Numbered from the stretch's first letter, positions 1 to 9,300 are shown. The stretch: DNA of 64,000 nucleotides from Dehalococcoidia bacterium (GCA_965207115.1 CBDBLR010000003.1:122674-186673), one strand, 5' to 3'. Program-made: numbers and translations. The notes: generated from the sequence alone by a model not told the origin.

Positions 1-1383
1 GAGGAGATCAGGCTCGACGGCAACCAGCTTGAATGCATATCCAGCGTCCTGAGCGACGGGGCAGGCTACGCCGGCGAGATTCCGGTATGCATTCCCGAAG
101 ACCACCCCGGCGACACCGAAGCCTTGATCGCCCAGTACAACGCCTGGAGGCAGCCGGACCACCTCGACAACTGGCTGAGCCGAGAGCCCCTCGGCACGTG
201 GGAAGGCGTTTCCGTGGACGCCACTAGCCGCGTCGCAGCCTTGAACCTGACAGGCAGAGAGTTGACCGGGGAGATTTCTCCGGAGTTGGGCAGCCTTGCC
301 AGCCTGCAAGTTCTGGATTTGTCCGACAACGCCTTGACCGGGGAGATACCGGCGGAGTTGGGCAGCCTTGCCAGCCTGCAAGTTCTGGACCTGTCCGACA
401 ACGCCTTGGCCGGGGAGATTCCCTCGCAGTTGGGCGGCCTTGGAAGCCTGCAATCGCTGAACCTCAACTATAACGGGCTGACCGGGGAGATACCGCCGGC
501 ACTGGGCCATCTGCTGACCACCGGCGTGAGGTCCCAAATCGGCGGAGCAAACATCTGGATAGGAGTGAAGTTCGCCTCCGTCAGCGCCGGGAAAAGTCAC
601 ACCTGCGGGGTGAAGACCGACGGCGCCGTCGCCTGCTGGGGCGATGACGGAGATGGCGAGGCCACGCCGCCGGAGGGGCAGTTCGCCTCGGTCAGCGCCG
701 GGGGTATCCGATATTCCCGATACGAGGAAGGACACACCTGCGGGGTGAGGACCGACGGCTCCGTCGCCTGCTGGGGCGATGACGACGAAGGTCAGGCCAC
801 GCCGCCGGAGGGGCAGTTCGCCTCCGTCAGCGCCGGGGGGAGATACACCTGCGGGGTGAGGACCGACGGCTCCGTCGCCTGCTGGGGCGAAGACTATAGG
901 GGCAGTACCACCACCCCACCGGAGGGGCAGTTCGCCTCGGTCAGCGCCGGGTCGAGCTACACCTGCGGGGTGAGGACCGACGGCGCGGTCGCCTGCTGGG
1001 GCAATGTCAGATATGGCCAGGCCACGCCGCCGGAGGGGCAGTTCGCCTCGGTCAGCGCCCGGGATACCCACACCTGCGGGGTGAGGACCGACGGCTCCGT
1101 GGCCTGCTGGGGCTATGACGGACAGGGCGAGTCCACGCCGCCGGAGGGGCAGTTCGCCTCGGTCAGCGCCGGGGGCTCGCACACCTGCGGGGTGAGGACC
1201 GACGGCTCCGTGGCCTGCTGGGGCCGTGACTTCGAGGGCCAGGCCACGCCGCCGGAAGGGCAGTTCGCCTCCGTCAGCGCCGGGGATTACCACACCTGCG
1301 GGGTGAAGACCGACGGCTCCGTGGCCTGCTGGGGCGGTGACGATGAGGGCCAGGCCACGCCGTGGTCGGGAGAGGAGTCATAG
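1..1383 (+). CDS. LRR + RCC1-repeat protein (5'-partial; frame open from base 1)
   Basis: Frame 1 is open from position 1. It has 24-aa plant-type LRRs (LxxLxxLDLSxNxLxGEIPxELG), then seven ~37-aa RCC1-like repeats (FASVSAGxxHTCGVRTDGSVACWG). Confidence 0.9.
   Translation, partial: EEIRLDGNQLECISSVLSDGAGYAGEIPVCIPEDHPGDTEALIAQYNAWRQPDHLDNWLSREPLGTWEGVSVDATSRVAALNLTGRELTGEISPELGSLASLQVLDLSDNALTGEIPAELGSLASLQVLDLSDNALAGEIPSQLGGLGSLQSLNLNYNGLTGEIPPALGHLLTTGVRSQIGGANIWIGVKFASVSAGKSHTCGVKTDGAVACWGDDGDGEATPPEGQFASVSAGGIRYSRYEEGHTCGVRTDGSVACWGDDDEGQATPPEGQFASVSAGGRYTCGVRTDGSVACWGEDYRGSTTTPPEGQFASVSAGSSYTCGVRTDGAVACWGNVRYGQATPPEGQFASVSARDTHTCGVRTDGSVACWGYDGQGESTPPEGQFASVSAGGSHTCGVRTDGSVACWGRDFEGQATPPEGQFASVSAGDYHTCGVKTDGSVACWGGDDEGQATPWSGEES
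262..405 (+). repeat. 72-bp tandem repeat encoding LRR units
   Basis: 262-333 and 334-405 are near-identical. Confidence 0.85.
571..1362 (+). repeat. Seven ~111-bp coding tandem repeats (RCC1 blades)
   Basis: Recurring ttcgcctcSgtcagcgcc and acacctgcggggtgaRgaccgacggc blocks separated by variable segments. Confidence 0.9.
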
Positions 1384-1894
1384 CCGAGAGTGCAAAACCC
1401 CGTCCCAATCTCTGGGGGAGGGGACGCGCGAGCGCAGCGATAGCCGGCCCGCCGTCAGCCCGACGCCCGGCCCACCCGACGGCCCCGGTGAGCACGGCGG
1501 CTAGGCGCCCCTGATCCGGGAGCCCCGGACGAGGACACGGCGCCGGCTACCGGAGATTCTTCGGCGGAGGCCCAAGGGGGGCGTAGGACACGCTGCTGGT
1601 GTAGGTGGAGGACGCGGAGAGCGCGGCGACCACGTTCCCCGACACCGCCGCGGCGGCGGGAACGCAACGCGTGTACCGGGCGAACGCGGTCAATGAGGCG
1701 GGCGCGGGGTGAGGTCGGGCAAAGAAAAAGCCCGCGCACATGAACCAAGCGTCAGCCCTCCTGGTCACTCGGTCTGGCAGGAGGCTAGGCTCTCGCGCAT
1801 CGCACACTCCCGCGTTGTCCGTGGGGATGCGGAGGGGCCAGACATCGCACTTGGAGGGGAGATTGCAGCCCCGCCCTGCGGCAGGATCTGCGCA

Positions 1895-2128
1895 ATGCCG
1901 AGACAGCGCGTCAATCACAAAATAAGCGCCTACGACTTCCCGCAGCGGTTGGAGTGGTTCAAGCACGCGTCCGGCCTGTCGTGGGTAGAGATTGCCCGTA
2001 GTCTCGGCGTCGATCCCGTCACCGTAAGGCGCTGGCGGCAGCGAGGAGTGCGGCCCAACTACCGGCATCTCAAGGCGCTTCAGGACCTGGCGGACTCGCT
2101 GGGCCTCGGCCACCTGTTCAGAGACTGA
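1895..2128 (+). CDS. XRE-family helix-turn-helix regulator
   Basis: DFPQRLEWFKHASGLSWVEIARSLGVDPVTVRRW; similar to 31548-31874. ATG at 1895 chosen as start. Confidence 0.8.
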   Translation: MPRQRVNHKISAYDFPQRLEWFKHASGLSWVEIARSLGVDPVTVRRWRQRGVRPNYRHLKALQDLADSLGLGHLFRD

Positions 2129-2257
2129 GGCAGCCCGCGACGGCATCGGCCTACTGACTAACTCCTGTGGCGCATCCACGTCAGTTAGCCCCATATGCAC
2201 TGCCCGGATACGGGCTTGACCTGCTGAAACACAAAAAGAGCAGCATACATAGCCGTG

Positions 2258-2294
2258 CAGGGGGAGGACACCGCATCGTGGTGTCCTCCCCCTG
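2258..2294. terminator. 15-bp perfect hairpin between convergent genes
   Basis: cagggggaggacacc / ggtgtcctccccctg at the end of the long minus-strand operon. Confidence 0.65.
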
Positions 2295-2332
2295 TGTGTT
2301 GCTGCCCAGCAATTCCCGTCCGACCGACTCCT

Positions 2333-2827
2333 CTAGAACAGCCTCAGCGTCTCCGGCTGCTGCTCCGCCTCTCCTTCGGCGGCCTCGGCCTGCGCCGTCC
2401 CCTGTCCACGCCGGTTCCGGCGTCTGGCCGGGGGAGCGGGTCTCGCGTGCGCCGGGTACTTCGGTTCCTCCTCCCACTTGGCTCTCGCCCGTTCCACCAC
2501 CGCCAGGGTCTCCTGCGCCAGCCCTGACAGGCCCATGTCGTCGAACGTCTCGATGTGCGGGTCGGACGACGGCTGTTGCACCCCGATGGTGGCCCTGCCT
2601 CCCTTGATGGACACGACGACCTTCAGGTCCTCGGACGAGCCGGTCTCGTCTCCAACGGCCTGCTCATCGGCGTCGTCAGCACCCTGCGGTTCCTGTGCGG
2701 TCTCCTCGTTGGCGTCCTGCTCCTCGGCAACAGCGGCTTCATTGTCGTCCGCCGCTTCGCCGAAGAGACTCTCGTCTGCGCTCGGGGCATCCGAGCGGGT
2801 TGCGTCCGTTCCAACTTCGTTATGCAT
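2333..2827 (-). CDS. Acidic hypothetical protein (possible PRTRC protein E analogue)
   Basis: RBS aaggagag before ATG; last gene of the operon; acidic low-complexity N-terminus with a small folded core. Confidence 0.7.
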   Translation of the reverse strand: MHNEVGTDATRSDAPSADESLFGEAADDNEAAVAEEQDANEETAQEPQGADDADEQAVGDETGSSEDLKVVVSIKGGRATIGVQQPSSDPHIETFDDMGLSGLAQETLAVVERARAKWEEEPKYPAHARPAPPARRRNRRGQGTAQAEAAEGEAEQQPETLRLF

Positions 2828-2863
2828 GGTCTCTCCTTCCCTTGATTCTTCTCTGGCCCTTGC

Positions 2864-3256
2864 TCAGGCCGCGAGCCTCGACTGCCTCCTGATCTCACCG
2901 AGGGTCTGCGGCTCCCAGTAGAGGTCGCGCTCCACGGCGGGGACGCCGCCGAACACGGTCGCCTCGGCCATCTCCGAGAGATCGAAGTACCCCAGTTCCG
3001 TCTCGAACCCCTCGACGAGGCCGAAGCAGAGGCCGGTCTCCGCATCCCATTCCGTGATGTACCAGGTCCAGTTGGCATAGGGGCTGAACAGCTTCACCCT
3101 CGCGACGACGGCGTCGGGGTCGTCCGCGCCGTCGTTGGCGTACAGGGGCGGGATGGTGTCTGCGAGCTCCTTCGTCATGAGCTTGTGCCTGCGGAGCCCG
3201 CTGTGATTGTCTTGCCACATGGTCGTGGCCGTTGTGGTTCCGTTTGCGTCAGTCAT
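2864..3256 (-). CDS. DUF2958 family protein
   Basis: KLFSPYANWTWYITEWD...FGLVEGFETELGYFDLSE...ERDLYW motif; RBS aaggag. Confidence 0.8.
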   Translation of the reverse strand: MTDANGTTTATTMWQDNHSGLRRHKLMTKELADTIPPLYANDGADDPDAVVARVKLFSPYANWTWYITEWDAETGLCFGLVEGFETELGYFDLSEMAEATVFGGVPAVERDLYWEPQTLGEIRRQSRLAA

Positions 3257-3304
3257 TGGTTTCTCCTTCTTTATTCGTTCTCTCGATGTGTTCGCTTGCG
3301 CCGA

Positions 3305-4105
3305 TCACTCGACGTAGGTCCCCACCGTCCGCTCCACCGCTTCCGGCGTGACGTAGGTGGGTGTGACCGTCCCCAGGTCCATGTCCAGGTAGAGGGCCAT
3401 GAAGGGGCAGGTGCCCGCCACCATGCGGCGCACCACCTGGAGCACCAGCGAGGCCATCATCTGGTTGATGGTGGGGTCCTGGTCGGTGAGGTCGAGGGCC
3501 GCCGCACAGTCCACGTCGGGCGGCCTGGTCGACACGGCGGTCAGCAGGTCGGGCCGCTGGAGCGTGGGCGCGGGGGCCAGGTAGCAGGTCTCGCCCGAGA
3601 AGGGTGGCTCGTCCCAGCTCACGTTGCCGGAGACGTTGCCGACGAGGACCTGTCCCCAGTTGGTGTCGTTGCCCGCGTCCATGAGCCACCGTCGCGGGTC
3701 GCCCGGCAGGGTCTCCGCCATCGCCTTCCGTGCGAGGGCATTGTCGGCGCAGCCGATGATGAGGCTCTCCCGGTAGGCGGGCAGGCCGGGATAGCCGTGC
3801 TGGTGGGGCTGGTCGTCATACTCCTTGAATGGGTACACCGAATAACCCACTGGCCTCCCGTAGGCTTTGGCCAGCCGGTCGGCCAGCGCTTCGCTCTTGA
3901 AGCGGCCCAAGTCTCCTGCGTAGAAGTTCTGGCGCAGCAGGTTGTGGGGCTCCACCCGGTCGTGGTCGACCAGGACGATGTTGGCCTGCCGCCCCTGGAA
4001 GAGTCGGCAGAGGCCCTCGGCGACGAAGCCGCCGGTCCCGCCGCAGCCGACCACCGTGATCCAGGGGTCGTCCAGCAGGAAGGCGTTGTCCAGGAAGTAT
4101 GGCAT
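3305..4105 (-). CDS. PRTRC ThiF-family E1-like activating enzyme
   Basis: VVGCGGTGG nucleotide-binding loop, DHDRVEPHNLLRQ, GCADN, DAGN and a candidate catalytic Cys in DVDCAAAL. Confidence 0.9.
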   Translation of the reverse strand: MPYFLDNAFLLDDPWITVVGCGGTGGFVAEGLCRLFQGRQANIVLVDHDRVEPHNLLRQNFYAGDLGRFKSEALADRLAKAYGRPVGYSVYPFKEYDDQPHQHGYPGLPAYRESLIIGCADNALARKAMAETLPGDPRRWLMDAGNDTNWGQVLVGNVSGNVSWDEPPFSGETCYLAPAPTLQRPDLLTAVSTRPPDVDCAAALDLTDQDPTINQMMASLVLQVVRRMVAGTCPFMALYLDMDLGTVTPTYVTPEAVERTVGTYVE

Positions 4106-4108
4106 CGC

Positions 4109-4765
4109 TCACTCACCCCCTTCTATTGGATTGGTTGTGTCCGGTTCCTCGCCCACCAGCCGGAGGCCGGGGTTCGGGCCGTCGAAGACCTGCGACCACG
4201 ACGCCGGGGCGAAGTGGCCGTAGACGCCGACCCGGATGCTCAGCTCGGGCCGGTCGGTGTCGAGGCGTCCAGCGACGCCGTATACCCGGAAGCCCTGCTC
4301 GTCGCCGTCGTCGGTGGCCGAGAAGAAGGCGCGGGAGCGTCCGTGGGAGTGGAACTCGGCCACCACCCCTGCGGGCGGCCGGTACTTGAGCCGCGTCGCC
4401 GTCCCTTCCTGCTCGGGAACCACCAGCCGGTAGGAGCGCCCGTCCCACCGCACGGCGAAGAACCGCTCGGTGTCCGGGTCGTCCTCGAACCAGCGCAGCC
4501 CGATCTCGAAGAGCCTTGCCGGTATGGTGCCGTGGGCAAGCTCCACCTTCTCTGCGACGGGAGCGAGCCCCCGCACCTCGCAGGACGCGACGAGCACCCG
4601 CGCCGTCAGGTGGGCGCTCTCGGACTGGACGTAGAGGCCGCCCCCTCCGAGCACGTAGTCGTAGCCGACGCCATGCGCTCCGGTCAGCCCCTCTTTGCGA
4701 TTGACGAGGTAGCCGACGGGCGTCGGGCGGTCGGTAGCGGCAGGCCCGCTGCTAGCGGTAGCCAT
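4109..4765 (-). CDS. PRTRC protein A, JAB/MPN metalloprotease
   Basis: EFHSHGRSRAFFSATDDGDE (HxH...S..D JAMM motif); start reassigned to ATG at 4765. Confidence 0.85.
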   Translation of the reverse strand: MATASSGPAATDRPTPVGYLVNRKEGLTGAHGVGYDYVLGGGGLYVQSESAHLTARVLVASCEVRGLAPVAEKVELAHGTIPARLFEIGLRWFEDDPDTERFFAVRWDGRSYRLVVPEQEGTATRLKYRPPAGVVAEFHSHGRSRAFFSATDDGDEQGFRVYGVAGRLDTDRPELSIRVGVYGHFAPASWSQVFDGPNPGLRLVGEEPDTTNPIEGGE

Positions 4766-5462
4766 AGCCCCGTCTCCCCTGGGATGCCTCGATGACCTGG
4801 GCCACCGTGCACTGGGGAACAAGGTCCTCAACCGGGTATTCAGTCTGTCCATCCAACTCCTCCCACAGTTCGATCAGGTTTTCGGGGTGCTTCTTCGACC
4901 GCTCCCGGCTGTCCCCTGTAAGGGAAAAGAAGGACTGGAAGAAGGACTCCGGTATCCGTCCCACATCCGCGGGGAAGCGGTGGCTTCCGGGGCAGACCCG
5001 CCCGTCCCTGAAGACGTTGAAGGCCGGGGCCCGGAAGAGCTGCTGCTCTGCGTTGGTCGGTCGCTCCAGGGCCGCGTAGGCCCAGGGGGCGCGGCCCGGC
5101 GAGCAGACGAAGACCAGTCCCGGCATGGGAAGCCGGAGCCGTGCGGGGGGCTTGAACGCCTCCCGTTGCAGGGCCACGGGCCAGACCTGGGGCGGCCTCC
5201 AGAGGGCCACCACCTGCCCGGTCTCGCCCTGATTCCACCAGAGAGCGTCCTGGGGCAGCAGCCCCGAGGAGAACCCCAGGTGTTGGGTGAATACGTTGGC
5301 GATCTCGTCCGCCGAGACGGTCCGCACCCAGTCGGTGTCGCCCTGGAAGCCCCGCAGCAGGAGCGTCTCGTCGTAGACCTCAAGCTGGAGTTGGAGCTTG
5401 TCCCTGGGCATCTCATCAGGGCCCGGCAGGGACCATTGAGTCGTGTCGGGTTCATTGCTCAT
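4752..5462 (-). CDS. PRTRC protein B, prokaryotic E2-like conjugating enzyme
   Basis: LPMPGLVF...LFRAPAFNVFRDGRVCPG with a candidate catalytic Cys; start ATG at 5462 after aaggagg. Confidence 0.85.
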   Translation of the reverse strand: MSNEPDTTQWSLPGPDEMPRDKLQLQLEVYDETLLLRGFQGDTDWVRTVSADEIANVFTQHLGFSSGLLPQDALWWNQGETGQVVALWRPPQVWPVALQREAFKPPARLRLPMPGLVFVCSPGRAPWAYAALERPTNAEQQLFRAPAFNVFRDGRVCPGSHRFPADVGRIPESFFQSFFSLTGDSRERSKKHPENLIELWEELDGQTEYPVEDLVPQCTVAQVIEASQGRRGYGYR

Positions 5463-6291
5463 GGTCGTTGTCCTCCTTGTCTCCTTCGCAAATCCGCGCG
5501 AGGGTGAAATCCAGCATCTCGGCGAACCGGCCGGGGAGGTCCTCCTCCAGCCAGTCGGCCAGCTTGCACACCGAGTCCATGAGGGCATTGGCCTTTCGCC
5601 ACTCTTCCGTGCCCTCGGCGATGATCTCGTCCTCCCAGGGGTCGGCGAAGCCGTCGAACGACCCATCGTCATAGCAGTTGTCGAGGAAGAAATTGCCGGT
5701 CTCGGCGAGGACCCAGGAGGCGGCCTTCGCCGCCCCCTCGAACCGGGTGTCCTTCACCGCCTCGGTGAGGGCCTCGACGGGTATGCCCCCTTGGGGCACT
5801 CGTTGCAGGGTCTCCTGCGGGATGTGCTCTGCGGCCGACTCCAGCCACGCCACCCGCAGCCCGTCGGGGCCGTCGTAGTAGGCGTCGGGCGGCCTTACCA
5901 GCAGGGCCATCGCCGAGAGACCCTCGCGGTAGCCGTTCCACATCTCGTGGAGGCCGTCGTAGCCGAAGCCCATCAGGTCGAAGGGGATGCCCCTGCGCAG
6001 CCATGACCAGGGCGGTTCATCCCCGTCTTCGAGGAAGAACTCGAAGTAGGGCTGGTACAGGGGGAAGTGCCGCTCCCCGAAGAGATTGGCGAAGCGCTCC
6101 ACCCTCGTGCGCACGTCGGGGGCCGAAAGCGCCGCCTCCCCCTCGTTGGGAAAGAGGCGGCGCACCAGCTCCGTGAACCATGCGTAGTCGTCGGCGTAGC
6201 CGATCACGGTCACCAGCTCCCGCAGCGACGGCGGACGCCGCAGGAGTTTTTCAGCCAGACCGCTCAGGAGCGCCGGGGCCGCAGCCGCCAC
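5452..6291 (-). CDS. Hypothetical helical protein in the PRTRC cassette (protein F position)
   Basis: Overlaps both neighbours in the operon and has protein-like composition; family assignment is positional only. Confidence 0.7.
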   Translation of the reverse strand: MAAAAPALLSGLAEKLLRRPPSLRELVTVIGYADDYAWFTELVRRLFPNEGEAALSAPDVRTRVERFANLFGERHFPLYQPYFEFFLEDGDEPPWSWLRRGIPFDLMGFGYDGLHEMWNGYREGLSAMALLVRPPDAYYDGPDGLRVAWLESAAEHIPQETLQRVPQGGIPVEALTEAVKDTRFEGAAKAASWVLAETGNFFLDNCYDDGSFDGFADPWEDEIIAEGTEEWRKANALMDSVCKLADWLEEDLPGRFAEMLDFTLARICEGDKEDNDHEQ

Positions 6292-6494
6292 CGCAGCGCC
6301 TCCTTCAGCCGCCCCGTGGCCGAGGCGTAGTCCTGGGCCTGGGCGCAGGCCATTTCGATGTCCTTCTGCCGTGCGGCCGCGGCGTCCAGGTCGAGGGAGC
6401 CGTCGGGCCGTGTGAGCTCCGCCGTGAGCTCGATGATGCGCAGGGCCGTTGGTGGGGTGACCGCCAGCAGCCCTGCAAAGGTGCGGGTGTCCAT
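6264..6494 (-). CDS. Small hypothetical protein
   Basis: Strong RBS taaggagg; lies directly after the Ubl gene. Confidence 0.7.
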   Translation of the reverse strand: MDTRTFAGLLAVTPPTALRIIELTAELTRPDGSLDLDAAAARQKDIEMACAQAQDYASATGRLKEALRWRLRPRRS

Positions 6495-6506
6495 CGGATG
6501 CCCTCC

Positions 6507-6704
6507 TTACCAGGTGAAGGTCCCCTTGGTGCCCACCCGCCGCTGGAACTCGTAGACGGTGTCCTCGCCGCGCTTGGTCTCTTTCACCGAGGCGTTGGCG
6601 ATCTCCCCGTAGAAATCGCTCAGGGTGCTCTTCACCTGGTCGACGGTCATCTCGGAATCGGGGTCCGGGAACTCTCTGTCGTCATACACGAACACTCTTG
6701 CCAT
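6507..6704 (-). CDS. PRTRC protein C, ubiquitin-like protein
   Basis: RVFVY...FPDPD...Y.EIANA...YEFQRRVGTKG signature, followed by TFTW; RBS aaaggag. Confidence 0.88.
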   Translation of the reverse strand: MARVFVYDDREFPDPDSEMTVDQVKSTLSDFYGEIANASVKETKRGEDTVYEFQRRVGTKGTFTW

Positions 6705-6779
6705 GGCTGATCTCCTTTGTGTGAGTTGGTTGTTTTGCTGCGTTGCCGTCTGCGGCGACCGCTCCGTTGCTGCTGCGGT

Positions 6780-9119
6780 CTAGCGTCCCGCGCCGACCGG
6801 CTCCTTCTCTCGCTCCTGCTCCATCGCCCACTCGAACATCGAGAGGCTTGCGGGCTGGGGCTTCCCGTTGCGCCGCTTGGGCTTGACCGGCTCCTCGGCC
6901 ATGAACTCCGCCCAGGAGAACAGCGACTGCTGCGGCTCCGGGTCCTCGTCGTGGTGGCCGTTGGCCCCATTGCCGTTGGGGTGACTGTTGGCCGGGACGA
7001 GCTCGACCGTCGGCCCAAACAGGTCGTCGTGGTGGCCGTTGCCGTTCCCGTTGACCGGGACCGTCTCAGGCTCGATCTCGACGACCTTCCAGCCGTTGTC
7101 CACCAGCAGCTCCTCGGCCTCGCTCACGGCGTTCCGCGCCTGGGCGAAGACCTCCTCCATCGTCTCGGCCTCGTCCTCCTCCTCGCCGCTGACGATCTTG
7201 CGGGCCAGGGCCATCATCATGTCGTCGCCGTCGTCTCCGTAGGCGGCGAGGCCGTCCTCCGGCAACTCCCCCTCGACGGCCAGGGAGCTCTGCATCTTCT
7301 TCGCCACCAGCTTCAGGGCGTCGGCCTGGAGCGTGTTCCGGTAGCTCATGAACACCACCTTCACCGGGCGGGTCTGCCCGATGCGCCACGACCGCCGCGA
7401 CGCCTGCCGGACCACGTAGACGCTATAGTCCGTTTCGTCCCAGACGATTGTTGGGAAGTCGATGAGGTCGAGGCCCGTCTGCACCAATCGCGGGTGGCAG
7501 ATGAGGACGTCGATGCCCTGCTTCACCTTGTCCGCCACCCACTTCTCCCTGCGGTTCGGGGCCACGGCGTCGGCCTTCATCACCGCCACCCGGAAGCCGT
7601 GCCGGGTGAGAATGTCGTCCATCCGCCCGGTGATGTCCGGCGTTCCCGTATGGGTGACGTAGACTAGAACCCTCCGTCCCTCCATACGCTCAGCGGCCAC
7701 CAGGTCGATGAGCGCCTTCTCCTTCGGGTAGAGCTTCTCCTCGGACAGGGGCGGCACCTGCACGATCACGTCGCCGCTGCGGGGGTCGAAGACCGTCTCC
7801 CCCTTGGTGCAGCCGTCGGGGTAGGCCAACAACGTTTGCAGGTAGGTCGCCAGCAGCCGCTTGGAGCCGCTCTTGAGTGCCGCCGCCAGCTCCTTCTTCA
7901 GCTCCTCGAACACGGTGTTGTAGGCCGTGCGCTGGGAGTACCCGGTCGCGTCCTCCTCCGAGTCCATCGAGGACACGAGGATCTTCTCCTCGTAATCCGG
8001 CAGGCCGGAGGCAACGTCCGCCAGTCTCAGGAAGACGGTGTTGCCGATGATGTGGAACAGGGCGCTGGGCACCAGGCCCGGCCTCTCCCTGGTGACCTTG
8101 CGGTAGCTGCGGCGTCGGCTGTTGCGCCCGTCCTCCACCGCGTCGTCGTCGGGCTTGCCGACGGTGACTTCCTCGAAGCCGTACCGCTGTATCCAGCGGT
8201 GCTCGTCGGAGCGTCCGAACTCCGTCCTGATCTCCGGGCTGAACCGGTAGAGGAGATGGAAGATGGTCGAGGAGTACCCTCCCAAAAGGGTCCCGGTCAG
8301 GCTGAGGGACTTGCCGCACACGTCGGCGAGGATGCCCGCGGCGATGCCCTGTGCGGAGCCTCGCCCCTTAAATTCATGCACCTCGTCCCCGATGAGCAGG
8401 TCGAAGAAGCCCCGCATCCGGTGCTTTATGTAGTCGGCCAACGGGTAGCGGGCCGGGCCGGACCTGTCGGCCTGCCAGAGGGGGGCGTCGCAAGTGGCGC
8501 AGGTGTGCTTGCGGCGGTTCAGGTCGGCGTCCGTGAGGGGCACGCCGTCCTTGTCCACGATCTGCGCGGTGCAGTCGGGGCAGCAGGGGACCCGGAAGGG
8601 CTCCCCCGTCTCCTCTTCCCTGATGAGCCTGCCCCTGGACGTGGCCCACCGCTCGATGTAGGCGGGCATCCAGCGGTAGGACAGCTTTGCCTTCTCCCGG
8701 CTCATCACCGCGAAGAGGGGACCGGAGCCGACGGAGAGGCGCAGCCGCTCCAGGTCGGTGATGGACTCGACGATGGCGGCGCGGACGCCGGGCACCGTCT
8801 GCTCGATCTCCCGCTTCCACTTGGGAACCAGGTGGGGCGGGCAGATGATGAGAATCCTCTCTAAGCCCGCCATGTATGCCGCCGCCGCGCCGATGAAGGT
8901 CTTTCCCGTACCCATCTCCCCAACGACGGTGGTGCCCCGGTGGGCCTTCAGCGAGAGGGCCGCGCCCCTGATGGCGTCGGCCTGCGCTCCCAGGGGCTTG
9001 CGGAGCAGCCTGGGCAGCGTCCCGCCGTTCTCCGAGGGCCGGTAGAGGGGCGGGTAGGACTCGACCACCCTCCTGGCCATCGCGTCCTTGAACGTGTCTA
9101 TGAAACCTCCGAGGTTCAT
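6780..9119 (-). CDS. SF2/SNF2-like helicase with Zn ribbon
   Basis: GEMGTGKT, DEVH, TGT, TGLDL and QASRRSWRIGQ motifs; CPDC...CATC. Confidence 0.9.
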   Translation of the reverse strand: MNLGGFIDTFKDAMARRVVESYPPLYRPSENGGTLPRLLRKPLGAQADAIRGAALSLKAHRGTTVVGEMGTGKTFIGAAAAYMAGLERILIICPPHLVPKWKREIEQTVPGVRAAIVESITDLERLRLSVGSGPLFAVMSREKAKLSYRWMPAYIERWATSRGRLIREEETGEPFRVPCCPDCTAQIVDKDGVPLTDADLNRRKHTCATCDAPLWQADRSGPARYPLADYIKHRMRGFFDLLIGDEVHEFKGRGSAQGIAAGILADVCGKSLSLTGTLLGGYSSTIFHLLYRFSPEIRTEFGRSDEHRWIQRYGFEEVTVGKPDDDAVEDGRNSRRRSYRKVTRERPGLVPSALFHIIGNTVFLRLADVASGLPDYEEKILVSSMDSEEDATGYSQRTAYNTVFEELKKELAAALKSGSKRLLATYLQTLLAYPDGCTKGETVFDPRSGDVIVQVPPLSEEKLYPKEKALIDLVAAERMEGRRVLVYVTHTGTPDITGRMDDILTRHGFRVAVMKADAVAPNRREKWVADKVKQGIDVLICHPRLVQTGLDLIDFPTIVWDETDYSVYVVRQASRRSWRIGQTRPVKVVFMSYRNTLQADALKLVAKKMQSSLAVEGELPEDGLAAYGDDGDDMMMALARKIVSGEEEDEAETMEEVFAQARNAVSEAEELLVDNGWKVVEIEPETVPVNGNGNGHHDDLFGPTVELVPANSHPNGNGANGHHDEDPEPQQSLFSWAEFMAEEPVKPKRRNGKPQPASLSMFEWAMEQEREKEPVGAGR

Positions 9120-9300
9120 GTGAGTCGTCCTCCTTATCCGTGGTGGGCCGGAGGACGACGCCGGGACCCGGGACGCACCACGCCCCCACGAGGGGACGTC
9201 AGTGTGTCCCGGGTCCCTGGTAACGTCCCCAGGCGGTTGCTTGAACGTGCGAGACCCGCGCAGCCGGCGGGCCTCGTGAGTGCTGCTCGGTGCGGGCCGT

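Noticed and set aside
571-1362. Repeats with variable inserts as a CRISPR array or DGR target
   Set aside because: The repeats are in-frame coding units, variation is not adenine-specific, and no cas1/cas2 or reverse transcriptase is present.
1384-2332. Left att end of element 1 or a ribozyme in this GC-rich spacer
   Set aside because: No arm matching the reverse complement of 34622-34645 was found by eye; ctgat near 1511 lacks the rest of a hammerhead core.
3185-4795. Long antisense ORFs (also 9700-11142, 15037-16476, 22372-23934, 41846-44467)
   Set aside because: They are shadows of well-supported genes on the other strand in high-GC DNA and have no motifs.
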